Positions 44,201-56,707 of a DNA stretch of 64,000 bases are shown here, piece by piece (positions within the stretch are counted from its first letter, which is position 1; every line of letters begins with the position of its first letter). This DNA comes from Zygnema circumcarinatum SAG 698-1b. Its lineage: Eukaryota; Plantae; Zygnematophyceae. The notes beneath the pieces are model-generated. The model ran no database searches and was not told where the DNA came from. It saw only the letters and a program-made list of their open reading frames with translations. The stretch lies in the NCBI GenBank assembly GCA_037447605.1, contig CM074807.1, forward strand, positions 3,794,829-3,858,828, given 5' to 3'. A program made the position numbers and the translations under genes.

Positions 44201-46952
44201 GAATGAATGAATGAATGAATGTTTGGCATCTCAAACATAAGGTGTAAGGAATGGTAGACGTAGTCTTGATGATCTGTTAACTGATTTTAGGAAGATGGCC
44301 TCTCACCTGCGCATTCGGGCGTGCCGTTCCTTCCTGGCGGATTCTGAAGTTGGAAGCATCAGTCTGCATCCTCCAAACCGAATCAAAATCGTGAGCAGGC
44401 ATAAGTCAATCGTACTATACTCATCGTAACAGATGAACAATTTATCATGTCAAAGCTGATCTCCTCAGAAAAGTGACAAACAAGGAATTGCAAGTTGAAC
44501 AATAAAGGTAGCCTCACGAGTCAGCACATATAATGAAATAAACATCCAACACTCTCAAGCCAACAATCTCTTCTTTCAGTGGTAGACAAAGTCTTGCCAC
44601 TGGCGTATTAGGCCTTCGGGGCATCAGCTTGCGGGATAGCAAGACTATACGTCTACCGACATTGTTCTGACAAATGTCATTTGGGGCATCAAACCGATGT
44701 GATCAAGCAATGCTCACCGATGAAAAGCAGCTATTCCAAACAAAGCTCCATGCCGAAAATACCTGCACAAACACAGCTCTCCACAGAATGTCAGGGGCGC
44801 GTAGAAACCGTGCGGCCTTCAAAAATCAGCAATTCAAGTCCTGAAATAGGATTGGTGCCTACATTCCGGCCACAAGCACACACATCTTGAGCCATTGCAT
44901 TGCTGGAAGGATCTGTGCGTTAATGGCATGCTGAAAACCGAAGCATTCTACTGGAATGAAGGAATGAGCTTTTGCGCTGGAGAGTGTGGCGTCATTCTCT
45001 CAAGGGTGATGCCAAAAGTATCCTAAGGACTTTGACCGCATCACTCCGGCTGATTGGAGTAGCCTGCGGTGTTGGTGGTCTATTTACCCAGCAGAGCCAG
45101 TAAATGAACCGATAATAGCTAGCCATCCAGGTATGGGGCTTCCCTTCAGGATTGCCATGACTCCCTGAACTAAACGTTTGTCTCGTATAGACATGCTTGT
45201 CTAAAGTAGGATTCTGCCTCCGCCCACCATTAATTTTTGAATTTTGTTTCCAGACGCCTCTACCTCATGTGACTTAAATATGACACTGGCAGGTCATAAG
45301 AAGCTCCAAGGACACACTCGACTTGGGCTGATTAGAGAAAAATGAAGCAACGAGGAGGAGAAAATGAACGGGAAATCCTACTAGAAATCAAGTTTGTGAA
45401 AACAAGAGGAGAAGCTAACGCAATTGCGCCATGACGGATGGCAGACTATTGCATTAAACAGGATACCTCGGACAGAAAGAGGCTGAGGGGAGGCTTGATG
45501 GTTTTTAGAGAACTTCAAGGTAGGATGCTGGAGGAAATAGTACGAAAAGGAAAGACTGTGACCTTTGGGGCAATGGTGACTTCCATGCTCGCATTTTGTC
45601 ATTTTAGGAAAGAACTCGGAACCCGGAAACATATCATCGAGAAATGAACTTGGAATATGACAGGCATGTAACTTACAGGCAGTCTTCCTCCATGTTATGA
45701 ATCCCTGCAGGGAGAGCTCGGAACTCCAGCCCATGAGGAGAAAACGATTCTGGTGTTGGGCATAAAGGCTTCAGGCTTCTGCTGTCTTGAGTTCGCTCAG
45801 AGTCCCACAAGCTTTGACACCATTCCAATGTGTTGCCTGCAAAAGAGGCGCTGTAATCCCATAACTAAAACACGCCTAAAACAGGGCCAGTGTGCCTCAG
45901 AATCCATTCGCCACAATCTTTCAAATCCGCAATCTGCATATTGTTGTGTGAACGAGGGTACAAAAGTAAGAAGGGTAAAAAAGAATCCGCAAAAGCCCCC
46001 TTGGGCTACCAATGCCCATCACTCACCTACATGATTGTCAAATGAAACGGTAAAAACAGCCACTATACGTCCTTTTACGTCGTTTGTGATGTCATCTTGA
46101 GATACTGATTCCTCTGTGCTCAAATAACTCTCTAATTGACCGCCTCCTGCCCCGTTCACAACCTTCAGGGGCCTCAGGCTCTCCGCCATCGAAGCTGGTA
46201 TTCGAATCCTGAAGCACAAAACACCACCCCATGCGCGTGGGAGGACCGTCCAGTCGTAAGCATGGGAACGTATAAGGACTGTGCTCTGACATGAATAAGT
46301 GCGCAAAACCTGTCCGCAAGTTTAGGCTGGATTCGACAGCTTCGCAACAATTAAAAAAAACTTGTACATCAGCGGGGAGCAGCACGAGGCGAAAACAAGA
46401 GGCAGTCAGCAGCTTATGTTTCTTCGGAAATGCCAACTTGTCCTGGCCAACTACAATATTGATTATACTAGCAATAGCCTTGCAGGACCAGTGCTTTGAC
46501 TGAGTACTGCGATATAAACGCTAGTCTGTCCCGTTTCCATCATTTTCTAAATATCGTCCTTTATGCGCCCCTCCTTTAGCAGCAGCAGAATGGAAGTATG
46601 GCATGCAAACTACCTCTCTGCATTGTATCGTTTAGTAGTTTTCAACACTAAAATCTGCGTAAAAAAAAAGCCTAAGTTCTCCTTTACCCAAGCCAGCTGT
46701 TTCGCCATAGGGCTCTCTTCGTTCCGTAACTTTCAACAAACCTAGTCTCCTATGAGTCTGCCAAGGAGGAAACAGAAGGGCTCTGCAATGTCACCCTGCA
46801 CGCCATTCATCCCCTGAGGGATTTCCCGTCAGATGCTTGCGGTCATCAAACTCTGAAGAAATCCGAAGCTCGTCATCTTCCTCCACCTGTGCCGAGTCCT
46901 TGTAAAGAAGAGGCTCCGCGAGCGAGGGAAGCAGCCGCTTCATGCTGCCCAT
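41273..46952 (-). CDS. DENND11/LCHN (Anr2, DUF2347)-like DENN-domain protein
   Basis: About 12 hand-spliced GT-AG exons read in frame: IVAVFTVSFDNHVGNTLEWC, GLEFRALPAGIHNMEEDCLYFRHGALFGIAAF, KERHARMRSVGAL, LWKALLLQCRVLFFSPPPV, PLFSIGLND, YVACTSEAILKHKRKLWDVLV, LTPSDRARF, DVRFLQALL. These are colinear with recalled human DENND11 motifs. Stop TAG at 41273-41275. Confidence 0.85.
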
Positions 46953-47400
46953 GTCTGCCAGCCGCCCTGCCCTGCGCCTGCCTGCCTCACTCCCTGCCAA
47001 GGCTAAGTACCGTCGTCAGAAAGCCACCAAGACGGAGGAGAGAGCAGCAGCAGCGGCAGGAGTCTGGGAATATGGAACGCTCAGCTCTTCGGCAGAGCCG
47101 GCCTAACTTCCTGCACACGGGGGCCTTCTTCCATTGTCGGCATTTTCCAATGGGAACTCGCCACGTAGGCGACTTTGTGCACGTGACACATTCCATTGGA
47201 CGATGCTCCATTTCCGCTGTGCGCGTAACATTGGCGAACCCCACCCTCGCTGTCTGCGTAAGCGGGCTTTCTGCGTCGCTAGACGACAAAAGTACCTCAT
47301 GCTTTAAAGAGGGGCCGCCGTCCATTCCGCAGAGGCTTGGCGCGTATTCTGGCTATAGATCCGTATGTATCAAACGCGTGTATTAATACACTGTATAATA

Positions 47401-48135
47401 TCATGGTATCCCTTCTACCCTTTCGCTCCCTTGTGGTATCCAGACTTGTGCTGATGGAATTGGTATTCGTGTTTTAGGCTGCCCTTTCGGCGTTGCATCT
47501 TATGTTGATCGTTTTGTTGATGATGCTTTGGTTGAGGATACGTCTCAGGTCGATGAGCTTCCACATCTTTCAGATCCTCAGGTGGCTTTTTCTTTGCTTA
47601 CTCGTTGTTTTGCTTTGCGTCCGTCATACCTTTTGCGAACTCTCCCTCCTAACCCTGCTTTCCTTGAGTCATTGCAATCTTTCGATGAGCGTTTGTTTTC
47701 TGTATGTCATCGCCTTTTGGGTCCTGGTATTTTCGATCGACCGGAGGGTCCGCTTGCACGTACGCAAGCCTCGCTCCCTATTTCGGCGGGCGGTTTAGGT
47801 CTCATCCCGACAGTTCGTGTGGCGCCTTCTGCGTTTTGGGTAGTTGGGCTCTCGTTGCTCCTATTTTGGCTTCGCGTTTTATTGTGGNNNNNNNNNNGGT
47901 GACCGTGTTGGTGGACTTCCGCCGCTCCCTCCTCGCGACGTGCCTCACATCGGTGACCTTCGCGGCTGCTTCTAGGGCTGCGTTGTTGTGCCTAGGCGTA
48001 GTTTTCCGCTCCTAGCTTCGTTTTATTGTGTTTCGGTCCTTTGTGACCAGTCCTTCGTGGTTCCACATTTTGCCTTTATCCATGTAAATTTGATGGCCTC
48101 GCCATCGCGAGTTCAATGAAAGTTTGCGTTACAGT
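47401..48135 (+). mobile_element. 5'-truncated CRE/SLACS-like non-LTR retrotransposon (RT domain 7/thumb fragment, frameshifted, spans assembly gap)
   Basis: From 47402: GIRVLGCPFG...LSDPQVAFSLLTRC...RPSYLLRTLPP...QASLPISAGGLGL...APSAF, followed by a 1-nt frameshift relative to the usual AFLGSW motif. Candidate 10-bp TSD CTGTATAATA (47391-400, 48136-45). Ns at 47888-47897, so the true length is unknown. Confidence 0.85.
47888..47897. other. Assembly gap (10 N)
   Basis: Run of N inside the LINE fragment. Confidence 1.
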
Positions 48136-48678
48136 CTGTATAATACATGCGTATTATACAACATTTTAAAAATACAGTGTATTTTTAATGTATTTAACGT
48201 ATTTTTTTTATTTTCGTGGTTAGTTGAACAAAATTTGATTATAATATTGAAATTCCAGAACTTGCCAAGTCACGTCACTTGCCAAACACTCAACACGTGT
48301 GACTTGGTCCGTACACGTTCGTACACTCATTCCGTACATAATTTCCGTGCGGGTCTATGTTCCGATTGTACGGCTGTTAACAGTTGCGTTAAGGTATTAT
48401 ACAGTGTATAATACAGTATTAATACTGTATTATACATTGTATCGAACCTCAAAGTGTATAATACGGATCTATAATTCTGGCCTAAATTCGCTGTCAGGTG
48501 ACGTCATCATTCCTCAAGTTTATCGCTCTGTAGCGGTCATGCGGTAGCCTGTGGCGCTTTGATGACGTCAGGAGACGAGCCGGCCTTGTTGGGGCTCTGG
48601 CAGGCAGGTGGTGGTCGCGGACTCGCGGTAGTACTGTATGCCAAAAAGGAGGCGTGATCCCGGAGGGCTGTGTATGTC

Positions 48679-48903
48679 ATGGCATGGCATGGCATGGCAT
48701 AGCATGGCATGGCATGGCATGGCATAGCATAGCATGGCATGGCATGGCATAGCATGGCATGGCATGGCATAGCATGGCATGGCATGGCATGGCATGGCAT
48801 GGCATAGCATGGCATGGCATGGCATAGCATGGCATGGCATGGCATGGCATGGCATAGCATGGCATAGCATGGCATGGCATAGCATGGCATGGCATAGCAT
48901 GGC
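48679..48903. repeat. (ATGGC)n pentanucleotide satellite, 45 units with ATAGC variants
   Basis: Direct reading. It explains the spurious [10 protein letters not shown] repetitive ORFs in the track. Confidence 0.98.
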
Positions 48904-49418
48904 AGGGTGAGTGGCAGGCGAGTGCGCAACACGAAAGAGGCGTGTGATGGTTGCCGGATGAAGGAACAGAACAAAATACTGTAGTGGAAGCAGGAGGCGA
49001 TGGGATGCTCTCCTTCCCTCCTGGAGACGGCAAGCATGGTCAAAGAGATGATCTGAGATTTCTGAGCCAGCCAGCCAGCCACGCACACAGAAGCTGTGGT
49101 ACCAGCACGGGTCGGCCTCCTTCACGTATTTTAGATCGCGAGCCATGTGAGATATGAAGCAATCCGCTAGTTACTCAGAGTTTCTCGCACACGCAACACA
49201 TCGATCGATCATGTTTTGCAGTAAAAATCACGAAATGAGGCTTCTAAACATCGCTACAGTTATTGTTGAAAAAAAAGGAGCAATTTTCATGTCCTTAATA
49301 AGTCAATACTAAAATTTGAACCTTCCTGACATACATTAAGGAGAGGGAAAAGTCTTATGATGCTGCGAAACATTTGGCAAGCTCACGTGGATGTGGTAGT
49401 CAAGTTCTAGCGGGGGCA

Positions 49419-52400
49419 ATGCTTTGGAGGGAACAAACAAACAGTCAGACCAGACTTCAATCCAAACTGGCTAAGTTTTTGAAGTTTCGAATTGCAAATT
49501 CTTCTTCATCAAGAGCGACGCCAACGCTTGCAGTCGCAAGCCGGCTCCAGCCCTTCAACCACTTCGGCAATATTCAGCATTCACCAGGTAGCATGGAGAC
49601 AGGCCCATGTCCTCCCTCAATAGCCATGGCTGCCAATGCAGTTGATGTAGGCGACTCGCAGCCTTCTCGTACAAACCCTGAAAACGCGCCGAGTTTGGAG
49701 AAACACGTCAGGGTAAGAGGCACTATGGGAGACACATTGCCAGCTTGGATAAGGTCGCTGCTGAGGCGGTTTATTGTCGTTGAAGACAACGAAGTACAGT
49801 CGGTGGTCAAGGCATTCTGCGCATTCATGCTTGTAAGCATTTTTTCCTCATTTTGCACAACAAATGGCTGCCAGTTTTACACGCAGCGATGCAGTAGTCG
49901 GAAAATTGAATGCAGCTTGCTGGATCATAACGGCAGGAAGTCCTTGATTCCATTCACAATTCCTGACATAGAGATCTTCTCCTGCCAGTCACACCTGCAG
50001 CAATGACCGATGATACTTAAATCTATAGGAGCTGTCGAGGATAGCTAATGCGGATGAGTTGTATATGTCTGTCGCTTGAGACAGTGGAGGTTGCTCTGTG
50101 ATGCAGCTGATGGCAGCTTACTTCCTGTGCATGCCTCTGCGAGATGAAGCCGGTATGAGCCTTGGAAACGGCGCATTGCCGATGCTTTTCATCGCTTCAC
50201 TTTTCGTTACTATTATTGCAGCGCCTGCTTCTTCGTCGTTGTTGACACGTCCTGACATTTCCAAGGGGAGGGTAAGGACATAATCTGCACCCATTTCTTG
50301 CTGCTTGAAGTGACCGTAACAGCTGGCTGCCCAGGACACTGCGTGGTTGTTATTGTTGTGTCTGCTTTTTGGACCATTTTTTTTAGTTACAAACTCTTAC
50401 AAATGTTGAGAACGATAAGTGAACCATGGAAAATTTGCAAAGGAAAATTTTGACTTACGCTAGCATTATAAACAAACAAACCGCCATAACCTCTGACAAG
50501 GGTTTGTGGCTGCCTGTATTTCTTCACTTGGCATGTGAAGGGTAGGCACTCCTTTTATTGTATCGCTTCTTTGCTTTATCACTTTTGGTGTTCTTCTTCA
50601 TCTACGTGTTGGTACCTGCACCTCCCGTGAAGGTATGCCTTGGATGCAGTTCAATCCCATGTCCACTCTCCACTTCTGTTTTGAAAATGTCACAAGAAAC
50701 ACTTCCAATTTCTTAAAAAAAAAAGCGATGGCAGTTATGGCTAAGGCAATTTATAAGCATGCTGTCGCTTTTCTTTTATTCAAGGCCAGCAGTTAGTGGA
50801 GGTGGCTTTCAGGGATCTTGGAAACCCATAAAAGTTTGAAACTTGGCTTGACGTTAGATTCCTTCTTGACTCTGTTCGATTGTGACCGGAAACTGATTTA
50901 TTACTACCAGCTGAATTTTTACCTTGTCCTCTATAGGCAACTGAAAGAAATGTGGATGCGAATAATCTCGGTGCTTTTGCCGACGTATCGACATCCTTTC
51001 TCGCAGCCCGAGCAGGCTTCTTTCTATGGGTACGGTTTGGCATCGCATGCGCTCTGAAGCTTCAGGTGTCACAAAATTACTTTGTCACATATTTGAAGAT
51101 GCACACGGTTCTGTCCATTCTGCTGCAGAAGAGTGAAAAGTCATGTATTTGTAGTCCTCATCATAGATGGTCAAATAGGTCAACCAAATGAAAAGTTTGG
51201 AGGCATTTTGGTTTTGTTTCGTACATTGCATATAATGCTTTAAACAGGGGCGTAGATGACACAAGTGTCACGTACATGCTTCCTTTTGTCATCTCGGATT
51301 GCATTTAGATAATGATCATTTCATTCAGTGGAGTTTTCATCGCACTCTTTTTGTTGTAGCTATCCATGCGGCTTCATTGTAATAGCCAGTGGTAAGAAGA
51401 ACAGTTTGGTCGAGACAGGGTCATAACTGATTGAGCCCATGGATAAAATGAACACTTGGTATAGATAAAGCTTATCTCCATAGGCTGACTTGCCGCTCTC
51501 ATATGTGTGGCCACTTGGTTCGTCAAGAATTCCCTCCTTCCCTCCTGGCCAGTTGCATAGAGATCACCCTACTGCCTGCCGTCGTCTCATAATCCCCGTA
51601 TCTCTGTAAACTCTTAAAACCTTATACTCGGAACCTTTTCCAGGAATGAGTTACCTCACAAACACTTGAATGAGCGTTTCTGGATTGTTCAGGTTGCGCT
51701 TTTCAACCTCTTTACTGTGTCAGCCATGTGGGCTCGTTTAGCGGATGTGATGACGAGCGAGGTCAGTTCTGGAATGCTGCAAGCTTCTGTAAAGTCACCA
51801 AGACCTCTTTCTAAGCTTAGAGAATAAACTTTGGGATAAAGTAGTTCCTTGTCCATGGCGATATCTTGTGACGCTGTCCCTTTTCTGGCCAGAAATCGTA
51901 ACAGGACTTTGATGGGCGACTGAAAGACTTGTTTATTCAGCCGCTATGCACATACACATCCCAGAAATATGGCCACAACCAGGCTCTTAATCTTTTGATC
52001 TGTAAAGCAAGAATGTTTACATAGTTTATGTGCATCATCATGCATAGTTTATGTATCACCCCTAGCCGGTAGTGAGATTGTTTTTCTTTGGGGGGTTGGA
52101 AAATGCCTGTGTTGGATCAGGCTGGAGGAAGGTTGTTTGGGTTCATTGGTGCTGGTGCAACCGTTGGCCAGCTCGTTGGCTCGTTGTTGGCATCAACCCT
52201 TGCTTACATGGGCCCAGGTGGGTAACTAAAAGCTGTTTAGACTGCAAAGATGAAGTTGGAGAGGAGATGCTTCAAGTTGTCTCGAAAGTCTGATGGGAGT
52301 GCCTATCCCAGCATGTAGCTGATATTAGCTTTAGGGCGAGATCGAGGTTTAAGTTTTAAGTTTTTTGAAGTAGGTCTTTCGTTGAGAAAGTACATGCTAG

Positions 52401-55400
52401 TCTATTGAAGTTTTTTGCTAGCAAAACTCGTGAACGTAGTTCATTTGATTGTGCCAGAGACAGGATAGTGGGCCAACCGCTTTCAAAAAAGTAAGAGGAT
52501 ACTGTTTTGACTTGTCACTTAAAAAATAAGGGATGGTGCATGTCTGAAGTCAGTTATGCCTACCGTAGTTGGTCGGCGAATTTGCAGTATCTCATTGAGC
52601 TTGCCATTCTTGTAGCTTATTGCGGCTGAAACTGTACTGCTGTTGGTGGCATGGAAGCAGTTTTGCTCATCTTGGCGGCAGCCCTTATGGAGCTTGCTGG
52701 ATGGTGTGTTTTCACCATGAGTGAGGAACGCATGGGAGCCCATCATGGCCGATCGTCAACATTATCTGATTCTGCACATGTAATCTCCAGCCAATCGATA
52801 AGCAACACACTTAACCATGAAAGTAGAAGGAACGCTCGCAGCCCTTCGACAAAGTGGAGCAATCTAACTCCAATTGGCACCTTGCAGGATTCCTACAACA
52901 CTGGAGAAATTGCAACGAATGCCGATGAGGCTAAGAGTCCTGAAGTCGCTTTATGGCAAGCCCAGAATGTTGGGGATAGCAATGGAAGAGATGCTGAAGT
53001 TGAAGAGGTAGTGAAGCACTCAGAGATGATGCCTCTTCTTGCGGAGGAAGTGCCATCGGATGCAGAAAGGTCCAAAACATTGAAAGGTCGGAGTCCCCAT
53101 CACATGAAACGGGTAGTTTATGGAGGTAGTTTGAAGGAGAGGGGCGGAAATAATCATGTTGTGGACCACTCTGGAGGTTCTCCAAGTAAAAGTGCTTTGA
53201 GTAAAGGAGAAGGTTCAGCAGTGAAGGGCCACAAGTTGATGGAGGGGATTTGGTTGGTTTTGCGCTCAAGTTATCTCCTGCACGTTTGCTTCTTCCTCCT
53301 CATGACGGCTATTGTCTCATCATTCTTCTACTTTGAGGTATGAAACTCGACAAGATTGTTTCATCTGTACCCCTGCAGTCTCCTTTTGCTGATCGTCTAC
53401 CTGAACCATTTTTTACCCTCAACACAGTAGTGAGCGTGACTATAAATCCAGTTGACTGAATAGCTTGCATCTGCAATTCAAGTAGCTCATGTTCCCAATG
53501 ACCAGTGAAAAGGGAAAGTTCAGATCCTCTTTCTACACCGGTGCGTGTACCATTTTTGGCCAGTTACCTCTCGCACTCGAATGGAAAACGTTTTACAGTC
53601 CCATCACTAAGGAGACCATACAATCACTACGTTGTTTTCTCTCCTCAAACCCATTTTTTACTGTTGCAGAGAACAGCTGTAGTTGCTGGAAGCTCTTTGG
53701 ATCCAATTTCTCGTCGGCGTATGCTGGCAAACATTAACAGCCTATCAGCAGTGGCCACAGTGATCTTCCAGCTCAGCCTCACAGTACGTCCGAAACCCCT
53801 CAATCTTGTCAAGGAGGGCTCAATGTTCACCGTTTTAACTTCATGGTAGTCTTGCATTCTCTGTTATTCCTGCTTAACAAACCTTCAAGAATGGTCCAAA
53901 GGACCAAGAGCATGGGGAATGCTTAGAACGAGTATGCACGAATTGACCTGCATTTGCGTTTTTAGTATGAGCTGGCATTTGGTATCTACACTGTATCGGA
54001 GCAGAGAAGATATGATTGATGATGAGGATGGTGATGTTGAATGATTTGTTGAGCAGATTCATGTAGTATTTATCCTCCAACAATGGATGTTGGCTGGTGG
54101 CAGGGTCGCTTGCTCGCTGTTGCAGGTGTAGCTGCAGCTCTCTGTGCCACTCCCTCTATTGCGCTTTTGGGAATGGCTGCCATCTCTGTTCATCCAACAC
54201 CTGCTGTCGTGGGTATCTCTGAAGCACTTCGGAAAGTGAGCTTCGTCCATTCCAGTCATCTATATTTCTCAGGCATTGTTTCGAAAGATTTTGATAATAT
54301 GGTGTCACCTTTGCTCACCCGCTTTGCATCTGTTTGAGGTAGACTGCTGCATCATGCCTGCAAGTATGCTGCCGTGAAGTCAATGGACCAGAGGACTTGC
54401 CTCTCTCGTCAAAAGGCCATACAAGAGGAAGTGCTTTCAGGTTGACCCTGTGGGGTTTGAAGTCGAGTCAGAAATGTAGCCTTGTGGGCTATGCTGCTAT
54501 TTGTTAGCTTGATTTTGACTGTTACTGTGGTCTCTACGCTGCAAAAATGGAAAAGCAGGTAGTGAACTATGTACTTACTCGTCCGGGCCGTGAAATGTTG
54601 TTCACTGTTGTAAGCCGCGAGGAGAAGTACAAGGCTAAGGTAGATTGCCCCTTAACCTTCAACCGTGAAGCCGTACGCTATTTGCATGGCCTTCTTCCTT
54701 AGAAGGCTGCTTTGTTCTTGTATGAAGTCTCAGTATTCTAACACATAGTATATTTTTTTTCAATTTTCAGATGACAATTGACACGCTGGTTCAGCGCCTA
54801 GGAGATGCAGCTGCAGCAGGTGTTTTCCGACTCTTAGGAACTGGATTCAAACTTGGGCCTAGTGGAGTGGCTGCTTTCTCTGTTCCAGTAAGTGTTTCTA
54901 TTCAGTCTCGGACGGCCCAAAAAGGGGAGAATGAACTCTTAAGAATGATAAGTCAAAAAGTCGTCCTTTCAGTGAGAATGTGTAGGCCTTTGGAACAAGC
55001 AATAGAACACTTTGAGCGTCATCCGCACCTTGGCTGCAAAGGCAAGACTGTATATGGGTTCAAGTGAAACGTATATGAAGGAACTAAATTTTCGATTTTC
55101 TGGACTAGGAGGATGGGGAAAGTTAGTGGAGAAGGTGAATCAAAACGTGAATGATTCTAGTCATTTGCTCGGGTTGCTCTTTCACAGACAAGTTTAGTAT
55201 GCTTCTGCAGGTTGTCATTGTACTCGTGTTGCTGTTCAGTGTAGGCAGTGGCAGTAAATCATCAAAGGCAACGTATGGCCCTCTTTGTGAAGTAACAGCA
55301 GACCTAATGTTATTTCAAGTGAAGCACTTGAAATGTTTGACCTGGTTATCTTACCTACCGTTACTTTACTGAGGCCAGTCTTGTTACTTTACTAAGATAT

Positions 55401-55518
55401 TCAGCTGTTCTGCTTGCAGCTCTGTGTAGTATGGCTCATATCGGGCTTCTACCTCGGTCGCCGACAGCAAGCCATGGTGCAGGCCATGGCCTCATTCCCA
55501 AAGTCAGTGGAGAGATGA
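49419..55518 (+). CDS. TLC ATP/ADP-transporter-like MFS protein (At5g05310 type)
   Basis: About 12 exons. Motifs AYFLCMPLRDEAG, AMWARLADVM, GRLFGFIGAGATVGQL, YLLHVCFFLL..VSSFFYFE, VNYVLTRPGREMLFTVVSREEKYKAK, IDTLVQRLGDA. The last exon 55420-55518 reads LCVVWLISGFYLGRRQ. The start codon is uncertain (ORF-track 49374 is TTG). Confidence 0.88.
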
Positions 55519-56487
55519 TGCCTTTCGGGACTCACGAGGATCAGCCCTTTTCCTTTTTGAAATCGGGTATGATGCATGGCCTCGCGGCATGTGGTAGGAT
55601 GGGACATGGACATGGGCATGGACATGGACATCGATGAGTATGGCATGCACTGCCTTATATCGCCTTTGTTCCAAGAAAAGGGGCCTGCAGCAATCTCCGC
55701 TTGAAAGGATTGAAAGAAGCTTACTGGCGGAGATCTTCGCCCCTTTCTCGATTCTTTTTTTTTATGGGCACTGAATAGGGAGGAGTCACAAGAGAGATTG
55801 AACGTGTGTCGTTTTTTCATTTTTTTTTTTAATTATTTAAACAATAGTTCAATGATTACGCGGTCTTCAGCGCGACCTGAAGCAACATATCATAGAAACA
55901 AGTAGGCAACTTTTTTTGTTTATTGCGACTCAGAAGATTCTAAAAGATGCTGAAAATTTAAAGGGCATTAAGCTCTGTATTCTAATTCAAAGCCATGTCT
56001 CAACCGTAAATCCATACAAAAAATCTAAAACCCCTTTGTCTCGCAACTTCAGGTCCACCCCTTATCCATGCTAAAAGCCTTACCACGAAAATTAAAAAGA
56101 AAAGCTAATTCTCATTGACTTGAAAAGCCCAAAGATATTACAGGTTAGAACTCACTCCAAGCCCCAACATCCCTAATATCAGGACCTCCCATACTCCCCT
56201 TCAGTCGACCCTACCCTACCTAAAAACAGGAAACTCTTGACCGCCTTGAAAATAGTTTTGAAACCCGAGATTACTTGCATTCCCCGAACCCTCAAACCCT
56301 AAACCATCTATGTGAAATCCAAAACTATAAACCCGAACCTAACGGCAAGGCCCCTCCTTCGGCCCTTTTGTGGCTCGGCAGAGCTCATTTGTCTGGAGCC
56401 ATGCACCGAGCTGAAGAATTTTCCATTTCATGAAATTGGATTTCCGGACAAAACGGTTCAAGAAAACTTGTGTCGGAATGAAAAAGA

Positions 56488-56561
56488 TGGTTCGTGCCGG
56501 GCTCGAACCGGCGACCTGCAGCGTGTAAGGCTGACGTGATAACCAACTACACCAACGAACC
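56488..56561 (-). tRNA. trnV-UAC: tRNA-Val(UAC)
   Basis: GGTTCGT acceptor stem, D-arm TGGTGTAGTTGGTTATCAC, anticodon loop CT-TAC-AC, T-loop TTCGAGC, discriminator A, followed by TCTTTTT terminator. One U27-C43 mismatch. Confidence 0.93.
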
Positions 56562-56633
56562 ATGAAATATCCATGGAAACAATAAGTATTTACTCTGTTA
56601 TTCAAATGTTTCATCATAAACTTTAGGTAAAAG

Positions 56634-56707
56634 TGATTCGTGCCGGGCTCGATCCGGCGACCTTCAGTGTGTTAGACTGACGTGATAACCAACTACACCA
56701 ACGAACC
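56634..56707 (-). tRNA. trnV-AAC: tRNA-Val(AAC/IAC)
   Basis: Full cloverleaf. Anticodon stem TCAGT/ACTGA with loop CT-AAC-AC; T-loop ATCGAGC; followed by CTTTT. Confidence 0.93.

Larger units (their letters stand above)
47354..48473. mobile_element. hAT-type MITE (~385 bp core) hosting a LINE insertion
   Basis: Perfect 13-bp TIR TATAGATCCGTAT / ATACGGATCTATA; 8-bp TSD ATTCTGGC at 47346-53 and 48474-81; AT-rich interior with GTATAATA and CGTAC repeats. Confidence 0.85.

Noticed and set aside
48537-49146. Long ORFs with [10 protein letters not shown] or HAMLC repeats
   Set aside because: They are translations of the (ATGGC)n satellite, not proteins.
55151-55372. Hydrophobic ORF initially taken as the last TLC exon
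   Set aside because: The exon at 55420-55518 gives the expected LCVVWL..YLGRRQ terminus; this ORF is intronic.
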